A DNA stretch of 64,000 nt from an uncultured Gemmatimonadales bacterium. Lineage in GTDB: Bacteria > Gemmatimonadota > Gemmatimonadetes > Longimicrobiales > Gaopeijiaceae. The position numbers and the translations under genes were made by a program. A model generated the notes under the pieces. It saw only the letters and a program-made list of their open reading frames with translations. It did not search any database and was not told where the DNA came from. Every line of letters starts with the position of its first letter. Positions within the stretch are counted from its first letter, which is position 1. Where the stretch lies: NCBI GenBank assembly GCA_963823035.1, contig CAWGKG010000011.1:1-64000 (forward strand), in the 5' to 3' direction. Positions 10,982-19,561 of this stretch are shown here, piece after piece.

Positions 10982-13113
10982 TCAGACCACCGCGTAGGTC
11001 GCGGCCACCCGCCCGGGTGCGCGCTTCGCTTCGCGCAGGAAGCGCTGCAGCGCCTCGTCGCCCTGGTCCCAGATCGCCAGCATGCTCGCCTCCAACGGTG
11101 GGCCCCCACTGGCGACGTCCTCCTCGCGGCAGCGGCGGAGGTAGCGCATCCACTGATCGTCCGTGAGCGCGTCCAGCACCGACCGAAGCCGGGCCGGGGT
11201 GTCGGGCACGGTGCTCGCGAGAAGCTGCAGGAACCCCTCCGCGTTCGCGGCGTCGCGGGCCCTGGCCGCGTCGTACGCGGCCTCGAGGTCGGTCGCCGTG
11301 CGGATGCCGCTGCCCCGCAGGATCGCCTGGTCCTCGCGCTCGGGGAGGTGCATGAGGAGGATGGCCTGGTCGATCCAGTCCACGAGGGTGGGGAGGGGAA
11401 TGCGCGTGTCGAGCATGAGCTCGATGATGTCCGAGTGCGCGAGGTTCTCGACGTTCTCGATCCCCTCGTCGAGCAGGCGGGATTGGTGGTAGACGTTGAT
11501 GCCTTCCAGGCGCTCCAACGGGATCGACTTCTCCTCCTGCATGACCCACATGCGCGTCCAGGACGAGATGCTCCGCTTGAGCAGGGACAGTCCCGTCTCG
11601 GGGAAGAACCCGATCAGGAAGGCGAGCGCCAGCCATCCACCCCCCTGCGTTCCGCCCCTCTCGGCCGGCACGGGCTCCTGCGGATCGCCGGCGCCCTCCT
11701 GGGGTGCTTGGGACGCACCGCTTGCGACGGCGTCGCCCGCTGCGGGGTCGGCCGCCGCAGGCAGCGGCATCCGTGGGCGTCGTCGTGTCCATCCCGGGAA
11801 TGGGCGCCGGTCCGGACGGCTGCGTCGCCCGGGACGCCTGCGCGACCTCGGTCGCCGCCGCCGGCACGACCATGGCCGCGGCCGCTCGCTGGACGCTGCC
11901 CCACGGCAACTCGAGCACGGCCCAGGCGAAAAGGACGGCGCTGATCATGCGCACGGCGAACTGCGCGTAGGCCTCGGGCGTCAGGTCGGAGCGGACGTAG
12001 CGACGGAAGAGCATGCCGACGCCGAAGACGTAGGCGCCCAGGAAGGCGTACACGAAGGGGCTCGGCTGTGGGCTGAAATAGTCGAGCACGCTGGGCTCGC
12101 CCCCGACGGCCCTCACGCTCAACGGGTTGAGCGTGGTGATCCATCCGAGGGTCACCAGCAGCGTCGCGGAGAGCAGGACCACCAGGCGCGCTCCCCGGCT
12201 TTCCCCACGCGGGTGCTCTCCGATCGGTGTGCCGAGGATGTCCGCGGCACGGTCCCCGTACACGCTCTCCGCGTCGCCGAGCGTGCGGATGTTCGGATCC
12301 AGGAGCACCACGGAGCGGAAGAAGCGCTTGCGCAGCGTCGTCAGCTTCTGGCGGTTGAACTCGAAGTAGAAGAGGGCGGGGAGGAGGGCGAGCGTGGTGA
12401 TGAACATGAGCTGCAGGCCGCTTCCCACGAGTCGGTGCGGGTTCTGGTGGGCCATCCAGCGGAACGGGCAGGCGACCACGTCCTGCAGGTGCACCCAGCC
12501 GGCCGTGGTCTCCGCGGGCGCGGCGGTGGCCTCCACCACCGGGCCCTGGCACGGAACGGCCGCCCAGCTGCCGTCGGAGATGATGACGCCGAACGGAAGT
12601 CCGATCGAGATGAGCACCACGACGAAGAGCGTCAAGGTGACCACCGCCGCCTGCCGCAGTGCGGGCATGCGCACGCCCGGGCGGAGGGGACGCTTCTCCG
12701 ACCAGTCCGCGAAGACGAAGAGCGGCGAGAGGATCGCCGCCAGACCCATCAGCCAGAGCGAATGCCGCCAGTAGTGCTCCGGGACCTCGAGGAAGGGGAG
12801 CGCGAACACGATGCGCAGGACGATCGCGCCCATGACCACGAGCACCACCCCGGCCATCGAGAACACCATCCAGGAGGTCGGCGGGGGCTGCCACGCGCGC
12901 AGTCGCACGATGCCTCGATCGGTCCACGGCCTCAGATCGACGTCGGCCAGCTCCTCCGCCGACTGTGTCATGCGGGCCCACGGGCCGAGCCGCACGGCGA
13001 AGCCCTCCTCCGGGTCGTCTGGAGGAGACGGCGATGTGGTGGGGCGTCTGGTTCTCGAGGACGTACTGGTCCCGCGACGAGTCTTCGAGCGGGAGGTTCG
13101 CAGCACTTTCCAT
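10982..13113 (-). CDS. Multi-pass membrane protein with C-terminal helix-hairpin-helix-like domain (2 frameshifts)
   Basis: Joined MESAANL... (ATG 13113), TM-rich middle (AFLGAYVFGVGMLFRRYVRSDLTP), then LAFLIGFFPETGL...LERLEGINVYHQSRLLDEGIENVENLA...GIRTATDL. Confidence 0.75.
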
Positions 13114-13219
13114 GGTAGCCCCTTTCCGGACACTACCCTGGGGGAGGGTCCAATCGGCAGACCGAACCTGCTGCGCGCTTTCGCGTGAAGGCAAGCCTCG
13201 CGTGGGCGAGGCGGGGTTC

Positions 13220-13702
13220 CTAGCTCATGGGATGCTGGGCCCTCGGCGGCTCCGCCCCGGGCCAGGACTCGTGCTCCAGCGAGATCAGCCATTGGCCGTC
13301 GCGGAGCACGAACGTGCGCGTCCACATGAGGAAGGGCGCCTCGGTCGAGCTCCCCTTGGCGGTCACGGTGGCCACGTCCGGAGCCAGGACCTGCACGTGG
13401 ACGATCTCGTACTCGAAGGTCACGTCCGGGTGACTCTGGTACCACGGGCGGGTCAGGGACGAGAACGTCTCCCACCCCAGCGTCGTGTCGCCGACGCCGA
13501 CGTACAGGAACTCCTCGCTCTTCAGGTAGTGGGCGAGCACACGGTCCGCATCGTGGGCGTTCATCGCCCCGTACAGGTCGTTCATCGTCGCCATCACCGC
13601 TCTCGTGATGGCCGTGCGGCTGGCGTCGTCGACGCCGCGCTCGGGTTGGCACGCCCCCAGCGCGGCGACGGCCGCCAGGACGCACAGTGCGCGAATGCGC
13701 AT
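13220..13702 (-). CDS. NTF2/SnoaL-like (DUF4440-type) lipoprotein
   Basis: MRIRALCVLAAVAALGAC lipobox; AMNAHDADRVLAHY...WTRTFVLRDGQWLISLEHES. Confidence 0.8.
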   Translation of the reverse strand: MRIRALCVLAAVAALGACQPERGVDDASRTAITRAVMATMNDLYGAMNAHDADRVLAHYLKSEEFLYVGVGDTTLGWETFSSLTRPWYQSHPDVTFEYEIVHVQVLAPDVATVTAKGSSTEAPFLMWTRTFVLRDGQWLISLEHESWPGAEPPRAQHPMS

Positions 13703-13745
13703 GGATTCACCCCCTCGTTGGTCGATCTCAGGCCCCCTACTACGC

Positions 13746-13814
13746 CGAGGGCACCGCGGCCGATCCCTCCGGGTCGCGGTGCCCTCGTCACCCAACGTCG
13801 GGTCGAACCCGACG
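13746..13814 (-). terminator. Tandem GC-rich hairpins downstream of the cytochrome gene
   Basis: CGAGGGCACCGCGGCC...GGTCGCGGTGCCCTCG (13746-13787) and CGTCGGGT-CGA-ACCCGACG (13796-13814); no U tract. Confidence 0.5.
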
Positions 13815-13822
13815 AACGACGC

Positions 13823-14893
13823 TCAGTTCATCGCGTCGATCGAGCCCTGCAGGATACCCACCACGTACGGCGGGTTGTGGATCCCGAGGCTCTTGTCCTC
13901 GTTGATCGTCTGCCAGTTCACGAACGCGGCGGCCACGTCGGCCGGCCACGTGCCGACGACGCTCGATACGCTCGGCGCCGCGGCCATGATGCCCTTGGCC
14001 CGCAGCAGCGTGGCGAGCTCGTCCAGCTTGGCCGTCACGTCGTCCTGCACGCCGAACTTACCGAAGTCCTCGACGGAGGAGTGGCAGCCCGAGGTCATGC
14101 AGCCGGCCACGTTGTCCACCGTAGCTCCGTGATACTCGTACGTCATCGCCATGGTGTGGCCGCCCGCCTGAGCGCCGAACGGCTGCGCCATGTGGCAGGT
14201 GGGGCAGCCGACGTCGCTGCCGCCATGCACGAACGGACCGCCGTCCACGTCGCCTGCCAGATCGAAGAGCCCCACACCACCCAGGACAGTGGCGACCGGG
14301 CTGTGGTGCGTCCCGTACCGGGTGTCGGCGACCGCGACATCCGCGCCGCCCAGAACGGGCAGCGGCTCGATCGCGCGTGCCTGGTGGCAGCTGGCGCACA
14401 GGTTGCCAACGCCGAAGTCGACCGTTTCACCCGGGAAGGCGATCAGATCGACCGGAGCCGTGTTCGTGAACGCGTAGTCCGCGTCCGTGTACGTCGTGTG
14501 GATCTGGTGGCAGGTACGGCAGTTCGGCGGCGTCGGGTTCTCGATGTCCGCGCTGACCGTGCCCGTCGCCAGCCTCTCCATGTAGCCTTCGTGCGTGTGG
14601 CACCCTGCGCAATCCGCAGTGCTACGCTCGAAGTCGCCGAGCAGGTAGTGCCCGGAGTTCTGATACTGAAGCTGCTTGGCGAACAGCTCCGTGTCACCCT
14701 TGTGGCAATCCGTGCAGGTCGCGTTCGCGTCCTGTCCGGCCGGCCCTGCCGGTCCCGCGGGTCCTGCAGGCCCTGCGGGCCCTGCCGAACCTGCGGCTCC
14801 TGCAGGCCCTGTCGGGCCTGTGGGCCCCTCGCAGCCTGCCAGCACGAATGCCAGCAGCGCGGCGCCAGCCAAAAGCGGTACTCGCCTCCTCAT
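13823..14893 (-). CDS. Multiheme cytochrome c lipoprotein with collagen-like stalk
   Basis: Lipobox LAGC; CTDCH, CAGCH, CRTCH, CASCH, CPTCH plus CMTSGCH; C-terminal EDKSLGIHNPPY. Confidence 0.92.
   Translation of the reverse strand: MRRRVPLLAGAALLAFVLAGCEGPTGPTGPAGAAGSAGPAGPAGPAGPAGPAGQDANATCTDCHKGDTELFAKQLQYQNSGHYLLGDFERSTADCAGCHTHEGYMERLATGTVSADIENPTPPNCRTCHQIHTTYTDADYAFTNTAPVDLIAFPGETVDFGVGNLCASCHQARAIEPLPVLGGADVAVADTRYGTHHSPVATVLGGVGLFDLAGDVDGGPFVHGGSDVGCPTCHMAQPFGAQAGGHTMAMTYEYHGATVDNVAGCMTSGCHSSVEDFGKFGVQDDVTAKLDELATLLRAKGIMAAAPSVSSVVGTWPADVAAAFVNWQTINEDKSLGIHNPPYVVGILQGSIDAMN
14729..14827 (-). repeat. Collagen-like (Gly-X-Y)x11 coding repeat
   Basis: GPT GPT GPA GAA GSA GPA GPA GPA GPA GPA GQD. 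Confidence 0.9.
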
Positions 14894-15066
14894 GGCGCTC
14901 TCCGTTTCGAAGTCCCCCCTCGATTGGGCGGCGGGCCGGGCCTTTCGGCCCGAACCCGCTGACGGTTCCTGGGGGCTTGTCGAGGGGGTTGAGATCGGAG
15001 CGCCCCAGGCCCGTCTACGCCCTCCGTAGTTTCCCGGATATGGGCGTGGCGGACCATCGCCCGTGT

Positions 15067-15085
15067 GTACCTATCGTGGGGGTAC
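15067..15085. promoter_or_regulatory. NarL-like inverted repeat, candidate operator
   Basis: GTACC-N9-GGTAC (TACCTAT-CGT-GGGGGTA) between the divergent cytochrome and NarL/LuxR regulator genes. Confidence 0.4.
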
Positions 15086-15190
15086 TAAAGAACCACGTGA
15101 TCCCTTATCTTACGTTGGAGCAAGGCCCTCCCCAGACCCATCCGCAGGCCCGACAGTGACGCTCTGGTCACCCCTAGGAGGCAGCCTCGC

Positions 15191-15913
15191 ATGCTCGACG
15201 TCGTCATCGCCGTGGAAGAGCCGCTCGTTCGTTTGGGGTTGGGGTCCGCCGTCCACGGTTCCGGGGACCTCCGGGTCGCCGCCGTCGTCGACCGCGTGGA
15301 GGACGTGGACGGTGCGCTCGCGGGGCTCGGATCGTCCGTCCTGATCCTCGACGTCCGGTTCCGGCGCGCCGCGCCCGATCTCATTCCCCGCCTCGTCCGG
15401 GATTTCCCGGACCTCCGCGTCCTCGTCTACGTCGAACACAAGTTCGAGGACTGCATCGTGCGCCACTTCGTGGCCAACGGCGAGGGCCCTCAGCTGTCCC
15501 ACGACGCCTTCTGCCTGATCGACGAGTGCTGCCTGACCTCGCTCCGGCAGCAGGCCCACGGCTGCATCCCCGCCGAGGCCTCGCCGGACGAAGTGGTGCG
15601 GGCCGTACGCGCCGTAGCCGATGGAGAGATCGTCGCGGCCCCATGGCTCGCCGCGGCACACCGCCAGGGTATGAACGGCGACGCCAACGGAGATCAGAAG
15701 GCCATCACGCCCCGCGAGCTCGAGGTCATGGTCCTCGTCGCCGAGGGACTGGGCAACAAGTCCATCGCGCGCCAGCTGGGCATCCGGGAGCAGACGGTCA
15801 AGAACCACCTCGCGCGGCTGATGGGCAAGATGGGGCTCAGCAACCGGGTCGAAGTGGCGCTGACGGCGGCGCGCTTCGATCTGCGGCTCACCTCCTCCTG
15901 CGAGGAGGACTGA
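15191..15913 (+). CDS. NarL/LuxR-family regulator with atypical Cys-rich receiver domain
   Basis: LuxR HTH ITPRELEVMVLVAEGLGNKSIARQLGIREQTVKNHL; receiver-like LILDVRF; AGGAGG RBS. Confidence 0.9.
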   Translation: MLDVVIAVEEPLVRLGLGSAVHGSGDLRVAAVVDRVEDVDGALAGLGSSVLILDVRFRRAAPDLIPRLVRDFPDLRVLVYVEHKFEDCIVRHFVANGEGPQLSHDAFCLIDECCLTSLRQQAHGCIPAEASPDEVVRAVRAVADGEIVAAPWLAAAHRQGMNGDANGDQKAITPRELEVMVLVAEGLGNKSIARQLGIREQTVKNHLARLMGKMGLSNRVEVALTAARFDLRLTSSCEED

Positions 15914-16015
15914 GCGGCGGGAGGTCCGGCGCGCGCGCCCGATCCTTGTGATCGGGCGCGCGGCCGCGTAGATCGTGGGTCCACCGACCCCGGACCACGA
16001 AACGCGGACGTCTCC

Positions 16016-17230
16016 ATGGGCCTGTCGAAACGCTACGGCGGCTACACCTCCTTCTCCTACCTCGACGCCGGCGCCGACTACCCGGCCTTCGAGCTCACCG
16101 ACGAGCTGGCGCGGGTCGAACCGTACCTGGTGCCGCTGGACGAAGCGGGCGAGGCGCGCGTGCGCTCGCTCACGGAGCGGTACGTGTTCGTCTCCCTGCA
16201 CGAGCACCTCGGCGTGTTTCCTGCGCGCATCGAGGAGACGCCCGAATACGTGCGCCACGGCCGGATGGCCACCGCCTTCCGCGGCCTGGCGGCGTCCCAC
16301 TGGGACTGCGTCTTCGACAACCTCATGGACGGGATCTGCACGATCCACTCGCGCTCGGGATGGCAGTGGGACGACGTCCTGCACGACCTGGGGATGCGGC
16401 TGTGCGACCTCGCCCACCAGGACTTCGTGCTGCACTGCCTTCGCGTCTCCGACATCCGGCGCGCGCACGGCGAGGGGAAGGTCGCGCTCGTCGCGTCGAT
16501 GGAGGGCGCCGCGATGATCGAGCACGAGGTGGATCGTATCGACCTCCTCTACGGCTTCGGCGTGCGGGCTCTCGGCATCACGTACTCGGAGTCGAACGCC
16601 CTGGGCAACGGTCTGAAGGAGAAGCGCGACGGCGGGCTGACCGCGTTCGGACGCAAGGCGGTGGAGCGGATGAACAAGGTCGGCATGCTCATCGACTGCT
16701 CCCACTGCGGCGACCAGACGACGCTGGACACGATCGCGCACAGCGAGCGGCCGATCGTCCTCTCCCACATCGGGGCGCGTGCCCTGTGGGAGTCGAACCG
16801 CCTGGCGCCCGACGAGGTGCTGGAAGCGTGTGCGGCCAAGGGTGGGGTGATCGGCGTGGAGGCCGCCCCGCACACGACGCTCACCCGCAACCACCGCACG
16901 CACGACCTCGAGGCGTTCATGGAGCACTTCGAGTACATCCGCGCGCTGGTCGGCGTCGACCACGTCGCGTTCGGCCCGGACAGCCTGTACGGCGACCACG
17001 TGGGGCTGCACCGAACGTACGCGGCGAACCTCTCGCTGAAGGAAGCCCACGGCGAGGGACGTCCCGATCAGCAGTACGAGCCCGTGGCCTATGTGAAGGG
17101 GCTCGAGAACCCCACCGAGGGCTCGAAGAACATCGTGCGGTGGCTCGTGCAGCACGGCTACGCCGACGAGGACATCGAGAAGGTGATGGGCGGCAACGTG
17201 CTGCGTGTGCTCGACCAGGTGTGGGGATGA
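16016..17230 (+). CDS. Membrane dipeptidase (peptidase M19)
   Basis: SMEGA, GGLTAFGRKAVERMNKVGMLIDCSH, LSH, GVDHVAFGPD, KVMGGNVLRVL. Confidence 0.9.
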   Translation: MGLSKRYGGYTSFSYLDAGADYPAFELTDELARVEPYLVPLDEAGEARVRSLTERYVFVSLHEHLGVFPARIEETPEYVRHGRMATAFRGLAASHWDCVFDNLMDGICTIHSRSGWQWDDVLHDLGMRLCDLAHQDFVLHCLRVSDIRRAHGEGKVALVASMEGAAMIEHEVDRIDLLYGFGVRALGITYSESNALGNGLKEKRDGGLTAFGRKAVERMNKVGMLIDCSHCGDQTTLDTIAHSERPIVLSHIGARALWESNRLAPDEVLEACAAKGGVIGVEAAPHTTLTRNHRTHDLEAFMEHFEYIRALVGVDHVAFGPDSLYGDHVGLHRTYAANLSLKEAHGEGRPDQQYEPVAYVKGLENPTEGSKNIVRWLVQHGYADEDIEKVMGGNVLRVLDQVWG

Positions 17231-17261
17231 AGGAGAAGGGGCGCCGGACGACGGCAGCGGC

Positions 17262-17946
17262 GTGAGGGCGCTCGTTGTCGCCGCGGGCTGGCTCGCCCTG
17301 TGCGCCCCGGGGCAGGCGAGCGGGCAGCGAGCGATCCACGCCGTCCACCTCGTCGCCGACCTGACCGGAGGAGACGGCGTCGCCCGCGTACGGATCGAAT
17401 ACGTCCTCGCCGGCCCCGACGGTGGAGGCAGCGTGGACGCCACCGCCCTGGAGTTCGCCGGCGCGAGGGTGGAGAACGTGCGCAGGGAGGGGGAGGGACG
17501 TGTCCACCCTCGCCCGGCCCCGGCCGCTGGTCGGTGTCGTGAGGCTGCCCATCACGACCGGGTCCGGCCCGAGCGGCCCCGTCGTCGCCACGTCCTACGC
17601 GGTCACCGGGGCCGTCACCGAGGAGGGCGCGCGCGTGCGGGGGCACATCCCCGTGCTCAGCGTGGACCTCCCGCCGGAGGCGGCGACGCCGGGGCTCTTC
17701 CGAGCCGAGCTCAGGCTCCCTCCCGATTGGAGGGTGGCAGAGGGCTTCCCGACCGGCCTCGACGCCACGGGCACGCCCGGCGTCTATGCTGTGGACCTGG
17801 CCGTCGTCCCCGCCGTGCTGAGCTTCCGCGCTCGCTCGGACGGGCGTTGGCGCCCGGGGCTTCCCGCCTTGCTGGACGTCGCGGCCGTGCTGTTGGTCGC
17901 GGCGTTCTCCGTGGTCGGGTGGCGTCACCTGCGGGACGCGCCCTGA
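17262..17946 (+). CDS. Hypothetical exported protein with C-terminal TM anchor (1 frameshift near 17495)
   Basis: MRALVVAAGWLALCAPGQASGQ signal joined to ...LLDVAAVLLVAAFSVVGWRHLRDAP*. Confidence 0.6.
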
Positions 17947-18059
17947 TGGACGCCGGACAGGGAGCGCCGGGCTTCGCGTTCTGGGGGCTCTTCGTGGCGT
18001 GCGCCGTGATCCTGCTCGGATACGCCGCCTGGATGGCGTGGACGGAGCGGAAGCGATGA
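17946..18059 (+). CDS. 37-aa single-TM small protein, probable symporter accessory subunit
   Basis: MDAGQGAPGFAFWGLFVACAVILLGYAAWMAWTERKR; TGATG and ATGA overlaps on both sides. Confidence 0.65.
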   Translation: MDAGQGAPGFAFWGLFVACAVILLGYAAWMAWTERKR

Positions 18060-19489
18060 ACGTGCAGATGACCGGCGTGTTCGTCGCCTACTTCGTGGCC
18101 GTGTTCGCGATCGGCTGGTACAGCATGCGCCGCACGAAGGACGAGGCCGACTACTGGATCGCCGGTGGGAAGCTCGGCTGGTTCACGGGGGGCGCGACGC
18201 TCGCCGCGACGCATACGAGCGCGGGCACGTTCGTCGGGACGATCGGCGTCATGTACCGGGGTGGCTGGTCGTTCGGCTGGGTCCTCCTGTCGATCCCTCT
18301 CGCCTACTGGTTCGTCGCGGCGGTGCTCGCGCCCCGCTTCACGCGCGTTCGCCAGCTCACCCTTCCGGCCTTCATGGAGGCGCGCTACTACAGCAGAGGC
18401 GTGCGCGGGCTGTCCGCCGTGGTCGTCCTGATCGCCACCATCGTCTACATCCAGGCGCAGATCGTGGCGGGCGGGCTTGTCGCGAACATCGTCTTCGGCA
18501 TCCCCACACAGTGGGGGATGGTGGGCTTCACCGCCGTCCTGCTCGCCTACACGGTGATCGGCGGGATGATCGCGGTGGTGTACACGGACGCCTTCCAGCT
18601 CGTGGTCATGTGTCTGGGCGCTGCCCTGGCCCTGCCGCTGGCCGTCCGTCAGGTGGACGGGTGGGGAGCGCTGCTGCAAACGGTGCAGGCCGCGCAGCCG
18701 GGGGTGTTCCGCTGGGAGACGTTCCCCGCGTCGCTCCTCTTCACGATGGGCCTCGCCTTCTTCCTGGGCTCGATCGCGACGCCCGAGAAGCTCGTGCGCC
18801 TCTACGCCATGAAGGACATGCGCACGATCCGCAGGGGCGTGTTCTTCGCCGTGGTCGTGGTGACGGCGCTGAACCTGACGGTGTTCCTCATCGCCCTCGC
18901 CGCGATCGTCCTCTTCCCGCAGCTCCCCACGGGTGACCTGGCGATGCCCATGGTCGCCACGGCGGTCCTCCCCACCGCGCTTGGCGCGATGATGCTCGCC
19001 GCGATCACCGCGGCGATGATGTCGACGGTGGACTCCCTCCTGATCGTGGCGGGCTCCGCGCTCTCCGTCGACCTGTACCAGAACCTCATCCACCCGCAGG
19101 TCACGCCGCAGCGGCGTATCTGGGTAGACCGGATCGGGATCCTCGTGGTGGGGTCGATCCCGGTGGTGCTGCTTCTCAGCGGGGTGGGGTCCGGAGAGCT
19201 GGTCCAGTTCATCGTGCTGCTCTTCACCGCGCTGATGGCGGCCAGCTTCGCCGTGCCGGTGGTCGGGGGTGTTCTCTGGCGGCGCGCCACCCGCGAGGGC
19301 GCGGCCACGGGGATGGTCGGCGGCGTCGCGGCGGTCTTCTTGTGGAAGGTGTACGGCCCCGCGTCGATCGATCCGGTCCTGCCGGGCTTCCTCGCCTCCC
19401 TCCTTCTGTGGTGGGGCGTCAGCCTCCTCACGCCTCTCCCACCCGCCGAGGCGGTGCGGCCCTACTTCGAGCCGTCCACGGAGGGCTGA
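18056..19489 (+). CDS. Sodium:solute symporter family protein
   Basis: DYWIAGGKLG, SAGTFVG, GGMIAVVYTDAFQ, AAMMSTVDS SSS motifs. Confidence 0.92.
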   Translation: MNVQMTGVFVAYFVAVFAIGWYSMRRTKDEADYWIAGGKLGWFTGGATLAATHTSAGTFVGTIGVMYRGGWSFGWVLLSIPLAYWFVAAVLAPRFTRVRQLTLPAFMEARYYSRGVRGLSAVVVLIATIVYIQAQIVAGGLVANIVFGIPTQWGMVGFTAVLLAYTVIGGMIAVVYTDAFQLVVMCLGAALALPLAVRQVDGWGALLQTVQAAQPGVFRWETFPASLLFTMGLAFFLGSIATPEKLVRLYAMKDMRTIRRGVFFAVVVVTALNLTVFLIALAAIVLFPQLPTGDLAMPMVATAVLPTALGAMMLAAITAAMMSTVDSLLIVAGSALSVDLYQNLIHPQVTPQRRIWVDRIGILVVGSIPVVLLLSGVGSGELVQFIVLLFTALMAASFAVPVVGGVLWRRATREGAATGMVGGVAAVFLWKVYGPASIDPVLPGFLASLLLWWGVSLLTPLPPAEAVRPYFEPSTEG

Positions 19490-19561
19490 GGCGGCCTTGC
19501 TAGGGTTGCGGACCCGGTCGATCTTCACCGGCCGTCCGCTCACCCCCATCGGAGCCTCAGC

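Noticed and set aside
13823..14893. Calling the cytochrome NrfA nitrite reductase
   Set aside because: There is no CxxCK catalytic heme motif and no nrfH/nrfB neighbour.
17227..17265. Mini-ORF MKEKGRRTTAAA bridging the dipeptidase and next gene
   Set aside because: It is too short to support and may be the frameshifted N-terminus of the next gene.
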